A DNA stretch of 64,000 nt from Acanthaster planci (lineage: Eukaryota). Below are positions 30,601-41,800 of the stretch, piece after piece (position 1 is the stretch's first letter; every line of letters begins with the position of its first letter). The translations under genes were made by a program, and so were the position numbers. The notes under the pieces were generated by a model. That model did no database searches, had not been told where the DNA came from, and saw nothing but the letters and a program-made list of their open reading frames with translations. The DNA lies in NCBI RefSeq assembly GCF_001949145.1, contig NW_019091356.1, positions 398,938-462,937 of the forward strand. Reading direction: 5' to 3'.

Positions 30601-33600
30601 ATAAAATTGTCTAAGGGCCTGAAAGGGATGTAAGAGGGATTATCAGATAGTTATTCTGTCATCCAAGCCAATTCAGTCTTGTCTGGTATCACACCTCCTC
30701 CTGGTTCTTGTCCTCTTCAAATAGATCTGCTGGAAGTTCCACCTTGTTAACCTTTGCCATCTTTCGCACGATCTTCTCAGCATCTTCATTTCGGTTACGA
30801 GACATCAACCAGCGAGCGGATTCAGGGAGAACTCTACAAAAAATAAGAATTCCAAAAAGCCACATTTTATTATTATTCATGAAATTAATAAAAAAGGTAC
30901 AATTTTAGGGACTCTATACCTCACAGCAAGAGCTCACGACTCAATGGACATAGTGCAAGTGTCTTTGTGAATGGTGCTACTGAAATGAAGCCCTCTCCTG
31001 ACCTGTCATGTGACCATCACAAGACAGGAGGCAGTCTAGTCGTACGCATTAAATTTTCATTGCTCTGAAACCTGAAAAAAGTGAAAGCTTCTCTTTCAAC
31101 TTCTGTTGTTCAAGGACAAGTGACTTACGAGGGATTCAATTTGCTTTATGTGTTGTTTGGCATCGTGTTAGCTTCGTATTCAATAATGCTAATGTCTATA
31201 GCGGATTATTTTTCCTATGAAGTGTGTGAATTAACATGTTCTCACCTTTTCTTATGTAGTTTGACATCGGTTCATATTTTTTATCATAATTGTCTTAACA
31301 CTACACTACAGTCACATAGGCTGCAGTTTACAATGTCAATTCATCACAAATATCTAAAAAAAAAAATTTTTCATTTTGGAACTTTGGAATGGAAGTCACT
31401 GGGTAATGGCACCCATGAGTGATGAGATGAAACAAGATTTGAACACTAAGAGTCATTAGAATTAAACATGAATACTGAGACATGTGCACTATCTACATGT
31501 ACAGTATTACTAACGGAATGAGAAAGATAAAAGGAACATAGATCATCGTGAGAGCTAGCTGCAGCATCTTCCAGTCACGAATTAAGTAAGCAAAAAGAGC
31601 TAGCAACATGTAGCCTATCGCGTAGTAGATGTTGATGAATTGTCCAGCAAATGCTCGGATGGACGGACCAACAAACTCAGTGCCTACAAAAAAAAAATGA
31701 AAAGGAGGATTCTCAGGAATGAATGCAATGTATGTGGAGTTGATAAGTTGTGAATATTATCTGCTGTCATCAGGAACTCTGTATACTTTGTGCTCACAAA
31801 GACTTGAGCTATGATTACAAAACTGTCCAAACTTGGAATAGACGAACTATTGGAAAGGAACTCAATGCAAACAGAAGCTTTACTTGTCTGGAATGCAGGA
31901 TGGCCATAATAATGACAAAGAATGTGTCACAGGTTGAGTTCACAGTGGGCAACTTTCATATGAAATACCCAACTCTCAGCAAGTTAGGATAAATGGTGGC
32001 TTTTTAAATAATGCTACACACTACTAAAACCTACCGATTACAAAAGCCATTGTGTACAGGCCCCATTTAAAGAGTGCCACTATGAAACGGACCACGATAA
32101 AAACAGCCAGATTGGGTGCAAATGCTTGGGCAATACCGGCCAGAAATGAAGCAACCAAACAAATGAAGAATGTTGGTTTTCTACCAATCCTGTGAAAAGT
32201 GATGAAATTTATATTGATTTAGAAATATCCAAAACAACACAAAAAGCACTTGGTTGCAAGGGACTGAGAAATACCTTTTTCATGAATGTATACAGATGTC
32301 TGAAAATACCTGACTCAGTGCTCGCCAAGGCAACCTACACAATATCAGAAATCAGTGACAATAGCTTGACCTGACCTGACCTAACCAACCTCACCTAGCA
32401 AAGCTAGCAAATATATGTCTGCCAGGGTACTTGAGCTAACAATATTACAGATTTGTTGGTGCCTGTTGTGTTGGTGCTGGAAAAATCGTGATATCACAAC
32501 TGTGACTGCTCAAGGGGATTTGTCAGAATTCCAATGTAACAGTGATGGGTGGAAGTGGCTGAGAAGGTTACTCTTCTTATAATGTCATGTCATCAATCAT
32601 GCTACACCAGTGTCTTACCATGGACCTCCATGGCCTATTCTACATTCTATGTTCAGACAGTGTTTATTCAACAATGTGCAACTTCACTGTGTATTAATAT
32701 TTGATAATACCCACTGAGAAGTGAATCATGCACTGGTACCTCGATACAAGACAGTTTATTTGATTCTGATTGGTCAAGAGTCTGCGTGCGCCAAATCCAT
32801 ATAACAAGATTCTTTTGGAAAATTTGCACAAAATCCTTGGAAATTTATTGTATATTGATTTTCTTTGACGCTGTCTAAAATTGTATTTATGACTGGAAAT
32901 AAATACATGTATGTGCTTGGTTGGTCTTAAACAACATGTAACGTTTGAGACCTTGTTGAAGAGAATGACTTCTAATAATGTCCTCACCTGCTGCTCGGGG
33001 AGTTTAAGACCGGCCAACCACATATTTATTCCCTTATTCATGTAACTGGGATATCTACAGTGGTACAGCCAGTGGGGGGGTGGGGAGGCTCCCCAGACAT
33101 GTTGCCAATGTTTTGCTTTGTTAAACAGAAGTGAAAGTCAGCATTTTAAACAGGTAATGCCACCTACGTGTACCTTGAAGCATAATAAGGATTCTCTCAA
33201 GGTGAGAAATGTTTTCACAGTTATTTCAGAAAATTTCCATTTTGTGCCTGTGGACCCAAGACCTGGATATGACATTGGATATGAGTTCAATCTTACCAGT
33301 CGGCTAATAATCCAATAAGAAAGGAGCCAATCAACATTCCAGCAAAAAAGGCGGATTGAGCATACTTGATGAGCCTGGCTCTCTCACATACTAGTTCATA
33401 CTGAAAGGAAAAGGAGATTTTGTCCTGTAACCACGATAACAGAGAGAAATCTGAAATCCAGTCACCACAAATTTTGAGTTTTATAAACACCAATACAAGT
33501 TTTGAAATATGATCACAGAATAACTTTTCTTCAGACAATTTATGTTTTTCTGAAACTAAACGGACTTGTCCGTGTAAGTACAAAGTGAGATGTGATTTGT

Positions 33601-35683
33601 GTTGATGGTCACGGTGATTTCATTGGAGCTGGGTGTGGAACTCTTACCATAAAAACCACTGATTTCATTTATGTCAGAATAAGAGACCTTTATCATACAT
33701 GGCCTCTAAGTCACTCTCAATCTTTTGAAAAAGCAGAAGAAAAACTATCTTTCCTAAACCCAGTCTAAATGCAATCGGTAGCAGATCCCAAAGGAGCATA
33801 CACAACCCCGCACCCACCCCACCCATCCACTTTCTAATAATTTTTTTTGGTAGGTTTTGGGTTTTTTGTTTTAGCTTTTTTGTTTTGTGTAAAGGGACGT
33901 CTTATCCTTTCCCTCTGCTTTCCTTTTGTTCTCAACTAATCATTTGATAATTTCAGGGCAGTGACATTTTTCAATGAAGTGGCTTATCTCCTTTGTAGTT
34001 TGAGAAACTACATTGTATCACACAGCATTGACTAGTACCAAAGCAATTAACAGAATACAGATCAGTGAATAAACTTTACTAGGGGCGGATCTGTAGGAGG
34101 AGGCAACAAGAAGGGCATATCCCCCACCCCAAAAAAAGATAGCTTTGTTTTGGTCTATTTATTTCAATTTTTTTTCCTTCAAAAAGTGTGTTTAAAAAAG
34201 CTTGCCCATTACAAAGGTCACATAAGGTAACATAAAAATTCCAATCCCAAAAAGTTTGGGCCCCCCCAAAAAATGGTTTTCAATCTCCCTTGAACTTTGG
34301 CATTTTTCAGCCCAAAACCGTCACCGTATTATTTTATAGGTATTATTACATATAATTTGTGCACCCCTGCCAATTTACTGATTTTCGTCAACTCAAAAAC
34401 TTACTTTTCATTGCTTTTAGATCCTAATACTGGCCACTAGGTCTGACCTTCAATTTGATAGAATATGCGGTCAAGGGACCGGCAGGTTGTTGAACAAACA
34501 ATACACAAAACCAGTGCAATAATGCACTCAATTGTACATTATAATCACATAATAGCTTCTCACGTCTAGGAGTATCTCCAGCCACAATTTGGCAAGATTT
34601 AACAATAAGATGAACAATACTTCTTGCCTTGTTGAAAATTTCAATTCCTTTTAAATTGTTTAATGAGTAACTTACTTATTGAATTGTTGAAAGATTTCTG
34701 TTGCTTTTTTTTTAATCTGCTTGAAATAAGCCTCCATAGTGCAATTTTTCTCATTTAAAACAAAATTAAATTTCTCTTCCTTTTCATGAATTTTGCAATC
34801 GAATATTTAAATTCAAAAAATAATTTTCAAATATTCGATAATTGATTGAATACTCGGTTTTTCAGATGTTCGGGACAGCCTTATTGGGCACCACTATGTA
34901 ATATAGACAAAGATGGAAATATTCAGCAGGATGTTTTCTTCTTTTTTTTGTTTTAATTGGAGCAAAATAAACAGGATCAAATATTTACATAACATGGTCC
35001 TTGCCAAAAAACGTAAAATTTGATTTGGGATGCTACTTGTGTGCTAAATGGAGTCCAAATACATGTAGTTGAAAAAATTCAGGCAATTAAAAGGATCACA
35101 ACAAAGCAGATCAGACATTCTTGGGAGGACTGGCGGTAAATTACGATGGATGCAATACCTGATGGTTTGTTGTGCTGCTATATTGTGACGTGTCATACTC
35201 CCATCCTTTATCACATGGGATAACTTGGATAGCTTCATCCTCTTCCAAAGTCTGGTTGTAGATAGAACTTTTTGCATCCTCATATGTAAAAGTAACACCG
35301 TCATCTTCCTCATCACCAGTCAAGATCAAAGGTTGTGAAAGCAGAATTCCGCTGTCAGTTACCACGTCTAAACCAGTCAGATTAAATCGCCGACACTGGG
35401 AGTAAGAGATCTTGCCCGATTCGGTGTCCACCTCTTTTGGAATGCTAATGCTCTTCAAGAAAGCTGAGCATTGATCGGGGTCGTCAAGAGGCAAAGAGCT
35501 GCAGTTGTCCCGGTAGCGGATGAGTTCCGGCGCGGTGCACCAGTGATCGGTCTTAGCGCTCAGAAACACCGGACTAAAAGTGTGCAGAGCGGAAGGAATG
35601 GCCACTAACGTCATGACAAAATAAATACGTCGTTGGTAGGTACCAAAGGTGCCCACGTGGTTCAAAATGATATCGAACTTCAT
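27680..35683 (-). CDS. SLC22-family (organic cation/carnitine/anion) MFS transporter, Orct-like, 620 aa
   Basis: Exons (minus) 35683-35159, 33400-33297, 32189-32035, 31683-31515, 30833-30695, 30310-30216, 29973-29765, 29137-29029, 28403-28195, 27828-27680; 1863 nt, all GT-AG. Family motifs [80 protein letters not shown]. Confidence 0.95.
29144..29245 (-). repeat. 34-bp tandem repeat x3 abutting the SLC22 exon 8 acceptor
   Basis: Units 29144-29177, 29178-29211, 29212-29245; acceptor AG at 29138-29139. Confidence 0.92.
29402..29665. repeat. ~100-bp C-rich tandem repeat, ~2.6 copies, in SLC22 intron 7
   Basis: ACCCCATACCTATCCTTATCCAACAGCAGCC at 29421 and 29521, variant at ~29625. Confidence 0.88.
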
Positions 35684-36129
35684 CCTGGACAGGGAGTCCC
35701 GTGTAAAATGTAAGTTCAAAATCAAGGCAACTGGTCATCCGAAGCCAGCTTGTTCCTATCGAATGTTGAGATGGATTTCAATAGAACATGGATGACAGAA
35801 CTCGAGCCTGAGTCTGCAGAGTGCAGTGTCCGTAGAGCTAGAGAGTATTGGAAAGTCCTTTGTGGCTGTACGCGCACGTAGGGCGATTTTTTTCCGTGTC
35901 ACATATGGAATGCACGAAACATCATACGGCATAAAACGCCACACTGCATCAACTAGCATAATCGACCGTACCCCTCAGGCTTGTGACGCGACTGAAGGAT
36001 TCTATTTCCCTTGGCCTTCGGCCTCCGGAAATGGGACCCCTTCTGGTCAACCATAGTGCGCAAGTGACCCCATTAATTGCCAGTTCACACTATGTACTAC
36101 TTAGCATACATACATTCGTAATTTGTACC

Positions 36130-36945
36130 TCGCCAATTGTGAGAATGTTGCCAATTCTGTCATCAAAAAGGCTAGAGCAAGATTAAGTTTTTTATATTGA
36201 TATGTAAATTGTTTAAATGAGCGATCTCGTAAACAATTATGTTCTGCTCTCAGAACATGTTATTTTGATTACTGTTGCTCATCCTGCTTTTCTGCACTGT
36301 CTACTAAACTAAAAAAGAGGTTGCAAATAACTCAAAATAAGATCGTCCGTTTTATTCTAAGCCTAGGTCCCAGATCTCATATTGGACAAGCAGAATTGAA
36401 AGGGTTGGGTTTTTTTTAATGTAAATGATCGGGTAATACAGTTAAAATTGAATCAGGTTTATAACATTTTTCATGATATGGCACCAGATTATCTTTGTGA
36501 GAATTTCAAAAGAGTTTCAAATACGCACAGTTATTCCAGTAGTAGTGCAACAAATGTTGTTGTTCCCTGTATAAAGGGGCCTGAATGCAATACTTTCTTC
36601 TATACTGAAGTACACTTTTGGAATTCGCTTCCCAATGAAGTAAAAAGTTGTAATACTCTACAAAATTTTTATAAAACAGCCAAAATGTACTTGTTATCAA
36701 AATCAAAATTTTAAATTTGTGGGTTATTTTTCAAAATCTTACACATTTTCAAAAAAATCTATGTTAACCACCACTGTATTTTTTAATATTTTTAGTATTG
36801 TATAAATGTTTTTCTTTTTTGTGAGGACCCCAATGGAATACAGCTTTCTTGGGTTATCCTTGGCTTCTGTCTTTTACTATTCTTAGTGTTTTTGTATTGT
36901 GACTGTCATTATAAATTGTCTTTTTGCCAGAATAAATAAATAATT
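36130..36945 (+). mobile_element. 5'-truncated, decayed non-LTR retrotransposon (CR1/L2/Crack-type ORF2 C-terminus plus 3' UTR)
   Basis: Disrupted frame reading IKKARARLSFLY...YFDYCCSS...KKRLQITQNKIVRFIL...APDYL...TFFYTEVHFWNSLPNEVKSCNTLQNF, typical of the region C-terminal to LINE reverse transcriptase; contains a stop and frameshift. 3' stem GAGGACCCC...GGGTTATCCT and an (AATA)n tail at ~36931-36943. Confidence 0.85.
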
Positions 36946-37204
36946 ATTGCGTACTTCACTGGAACACAAGATCTTAAGACTGAGCATTTTGGCCCGACTG
37001 TATTGTCGCTGCCGTGGGCCGGGGATTAGTAATTTCGCTTAGTTTCAAGAGAGCACGGTTTTTCAGAAAACTGTTGTTGCCTTTAACTATCAGGTAATCC
37101 CATATGAAGCAAGATATGAGACGGACAGAACCCCGCTACTTTGTGTTGGTCATTGTTTTGCTGGAATCTGAGGAACTGTTTTCATATAGCTAGGGGATAT
37201 GTTA

Positions 37205-37765
37205 GGTAACAATAGTCTAGAGCATGATGTATAGCGATTGGACATGTTGGAGGGGGGGTACCCCTCTGTCTCATTCTGGCTGTATATCTTCCGCTGCCAC
37301 ACATAATATTGGTTATAACTGCAGGTGTCATATACATAAACACGAAGACGAAACATATTGAAAATAGCTCAGTAAGAGGATTCTCAAGGTCGGACCCCTT
37401 TTTATATCAAGCATGCTTTCGTCAAATTGGTCCAGGTCGAGGGTCTGCTACGAGCCCGTAGCGAATATGTGGTACAGAAAAAAATGCGGGTAGGGCGATT
37501 ACCACAAAGAAAGGCGGTCGTTCAGGTCGCCCGCGTCCTGGACTGGTACCCGCCCCTAGGCCCTATGATAATGAGGACCGACAGCTGGCTGCGGTTTGAC
37601 GCGTGCGCTTAGCCCTACCATGGAGGTAGAATTCTACCTCCATGGCCCTACAATTCGGATGCTGAATATCTAAAATTTTCATATGCAGCAAGGTATNGTA
37701 ACAATAGTCTGGAATGTGTATAGGGATTGGACATGTTGGGGGGGGGTACCCCTCGGTCTCATTTC
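37205..37765 (+). repeat. Pair of diverged direct repeats (~37205-37275 and ~37698-37763)
   Basis: GTAACAATAGTCT...TGTATAG.GATTGGACATGTTGG.GGGGGGTACCCCTC.GTCTCATT occurs twice, ~490 bp apart. Confidence 0.75.
37619..37644. mobile_element. 26-bp perfect palindrome with 7-bp TSD (CATGGAG termini; P-element-like micro-insertion or footprint)
   Basis: GCCCTAC|CATGGAGGTAGAATTCTACCTCCATG|GCCCTAC. Confidence 0.7.
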
Positions 37766-38180
37766 TTGCTGGGTATAAAATTTTTGTAGGCCAGTAGCAA
37801 TGCATTTCAGCTCGTAGGCGAAAAAAACACAAGTACGTGTACATTTATCTCCATATGTATCTTTACTAGAGCTCAGTTGATCACAGTGTGGTAATTTATA
37901 TCATCATTGTACGGCAATTCATTTCAAATCATTGGTTATTGTGTTAAGTTTTAGATATATTTTCGGTAACGCAGAAGAAAAAGCAAAATATGCTATGATT
38001 GGTTTCCTTATTTACGTACACTCGGCAGGATTCTGGGGGATTCATTACCCGCCACCGGTCCCTACGTTCAGAGGACGTCTGTAAGACGTTTGGCGACTAC
38101 GTTCAGGAGGGGAACTAATCTAGCGGAAGTTCTTCAAAGCCGAATTATTATTGTGTCCGACCTGCTGCCATCCGTACGAG

Positions 38181-38208
38181 CATAGAGCTACGTACAAACC
38201 CCTCTATG
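38181..38208. mobile_element. 28-bp insertion with CATAGAG/CTCTATG termini and 7-bp TSD
   Basis: GTACGAG|CATAGAGCTACGTACAAACCCCTCTATG|GTACGAG. Confidence 0.7.
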
Positions 38209-38888
38209 GTACGAGTAACAGCTGTAACGGTCTGTTTACGGTTCTATTAAAACAAGTGGACTGTTATCATGCATAATGCAATGATGATCGTACCCGTCCA
38301 AAGCCCAGATCCGGAACGAGATACATGAAACATAAAAATAATTTTTGAAAGGTTCTGTTGACGAGACACAAGCCCATGGGCATGTAGATGGTGACCTAAG
38401 CCGACATGTCACTTTGAAGCTGTTGTCCTGTAAATCAGGGGTGAAATAATCAAAAGTTAGAATGGATGGAGCTGTGTATGTCTCGGCCTAAAAACTGGTC
38501 ATAAGTAATCCCCTATCGAGCGTCAGAAACTTAAGATCGGCAAAGAAGGGAAGAGATGTTTTTAATCTAGTTAGATCTTTATATGAGGTATGCTGTGGAA
38601 CGTGTAATGGTAGGATAACTAGGAACGGAGAATCCGTTAAACTGAAATAGCGCCCTCATTCCTCTTACGACGACACTCGCACAAAAATAGTTAGGTGCTG
38701 CAGGCCAAACGACTTGTCGTGTCAAATAAGGAAGCGTAGCATGGACTTCAGACATGAACAGATAACGTTGCGAATGCGCGCATGTGGTTACGTATCATCA
38801 ATTTACATGGGCTGTAAGGTAACTATACATAAACGTCAGTAACTTGTAATTGAAGGCCTCTTTTGCTGAACAGCTAAGTTTTAAAAAA

Positions 38889-41800
38889 ATGGAGGGCAGT
38901 GATAAACACCTCAGTCGAAATGGTTGTTTTTTGAGCTCAGCTGTTAGGGAAGAGCACACAGATGTGCTGACGGACCGACCTGATCTTCAGCTGAAGTTGG
39001 TGCAGATTTTCTTTCGGCATGGAGCGCGAACACCAATACGGCTAACGCCAGGAGTTGAAGAGGTAGGCCCCTGGCCCCCTAGGCCTGAACTTGCTGAAGT
39101 TGTACTTTGACATGTTTGATGACGTAATTAGTGCAATGAAGGAAAGTTAATTCAAAAGGGCAAGAGTTCCATATCTTGACATCAGTTGAAACCCTGTGCA
39201 CAACGCTCTGAGATTGTTCTGAAATTTTTTAAATGTTTTGTAGGCCCTACGTGTAAGTACTGCCTCAATATTTTCCCTACCCTGCTTAATTTAAAGGAAA
39301 CAGTTCCATACACACCTGCTGCTGGTGACAACGCTTGGTGCCTCTGTGCACCAACCTATTAGACTTGTCTGAAAGTGAAGTGTTTTCTAAGGAAATGTTT
39401 GGGAATTTTCCCAGCTAAATTTCACAGTTTAGGACATGTTATCACTTTTCTAATGGCTGCTATAACACTTTAAGGGAAAATTGGTGTTGTCCGTATATGG
39501 AACTCTTTCCAATTAAACGTTTAGGTTATCTCTGATAATAAATCACTGTGTACCATTTACACAGTGTTAATGAATTTAATGATATCTATGGCCGTGATCA
39601 TTGATCCTTGGTTGGTTTATGGACACCAAAACTCACATAATAAATGCTGCAAACCAGCATTAGGATCATAGATCCAGATCCGTGGGAAACAAACAGGCCC
39701 TACTTTGGAAAATTTGTGGGAAAAGTCAAACATGTGGTAAGAGTCTATACCCAGCCAGAGATACCAACTCTTATGATTTAGGCATAATTTTTACGATTTG
39801 TTTAGTCTGTTTATGACTGCGCAGTCCAGTTTAAGATTTTTACGGTTTCCAACTCGAAGGTACAAAACCATACACTGCAGAGGATTTGATTCTTGGGTAT
39901 TTGGTGAGCAACTGGACTTGTTTTGTACGATGGCAACAAGTGAGCAGAAGTTCAGGGACGAATACACCACAAAAATAGGTCTTTATTGCAAAGTCTCGTC
40001 ATGGAGAAGGTTATGTGTTTTGCAATGCATGTAACTGTGACATGATAAATATTGCCCACGCTGGATCTTACGACACAGAGAAGCACATTAGTTAGGCCAA
40101 GAAAAAACAGCTCTGCTTCCGATTAAATAAGGTCGGTAGGTAAGGATTTTGGACAATTTCTTAAGCTGATTGAATGGGATGAAAGTTGCACAAAATTGCC
40201 ACAAGAGTGATTAAAATAAAAACTACTCAGAATTAATGTGGAAATATAATCAACAATTAGTTGCAATTCACACTTGCACAATGATAGTCAGGTAAATACA
40301 AGTGTTTTGACATGAAAAATTGTTGACCGGTGTTTGTTATGAAAGAAAAGACAACAGGATTTTTAAAAAATTTAGAAAAAAATTTTCTAATATGCCGATG
40401 AAAATTTTTATGGTCACGCTGAAAAATTAGGGTCGGTTGGGAAACCGGAACTGGAAGTGTGATAGGATAACACTTTTTCATTTTGAAAAGTTGGCATCTC
40501 TGCATGCTGTAATTTAACTGCATCACATACATCTTTCATTTTTTTAGCCATTTCTTGGCTTTTTTCATGTATTTAGGTGGTATGGGATAAAGACACCATG
40601 TTTATAGAAGAAGATTACCTCAAATGCGATTATGATGTGTACTCATTGGATGGCAAATCTGGCCCTCATCACTCCGTTATCGAGGAATCCTATCAGCAGG
40701 CAACAACATACAAAGTGAGTGTGTCCAAGTTCATGTATTTGTCAGATGCAACCACAGGTTTTTGCAATGTTTGACATTTTACAAAAGAAGCTACACGAAA
40801 GGTTCGTGTGTATCTGGCAGGATACTTTGTTGAAGCTGGACTTGGGAAGGGATTGTAATCTTGTAAGGATGTACACGGAAAATGTTTTCTTAGCAAGACT
40901 GGCAAGACTGAGCAAGCCACAGTGATGTTCTGGTTCTACGCTGATATTTGCTCAGCTCATGCATTTCCATGTAGTTAAGTATATGTTGTAATTTTTCTGC
41001 TTAAAAAGCTAAATGAAAGCAAGTCCCTTATGCCCTAAATTGGGACTAGTATTGTCTGAAGAGCCAGGAGGACAAAGGTTTTTTAAACATTTCAATTTCA
41101 AACAGAACAGTGCAAATTTTCTGAATAGACCTCTTTTTTGTAAAAAAAAAAAAAAGGAAAGTGTTTTCAGATGTATGTGTAATTCTAATATAATAATTCT
41201 GCCGGCAGGGTGGTGCTCATCGAGGTCAGCTGACTACATTAGGCATGAATCAGACATATGAACTTGGCACCTACTTCCGGAAACACTACATTGAGAAACT
41301 GAAATTCCTGTCTCCAAAGTTCAACTACAGTGACATGTAGTAAGTTCCCCCTCAAACCCTGTTGTCTGTGCATATTAAAATGGTTGCACAAGAACATTTG
41401 TGGAATTTGTTGAAAGTCACGTAAGTCACCAGTAGTAAGATGTCGTTTACTTCATATTGCCTTGTGCTAATGAAAAATGGCAAAATATATACTGAAATTT
41501 TCATGAGTTTAAAGTTAATTCCTTTTGGTATTATTTTTCTCTCTTAAAGTTTACATTCCACTAATGTTATTGGAACTTTATTCCAGTTCTTGTTTTTCCC
41601 CTCTAAAAGTTTGCGCTCCACCAATGTTAAACGAAACCTGAAGTCTATGTCCTGCGTCTTAGCTGCTATGTACGGAGAAGATCTGAAAACAAATCAAAAT
41701 GGTGAGAAGCCAAAGACAACTTGCTCTTGTTTTATCATTTGATCNNNNNNNNNNNNNNNNNNNNNNNNNNNNNNNNNNNNNNNNNNNNNNNNNNNNNNNN

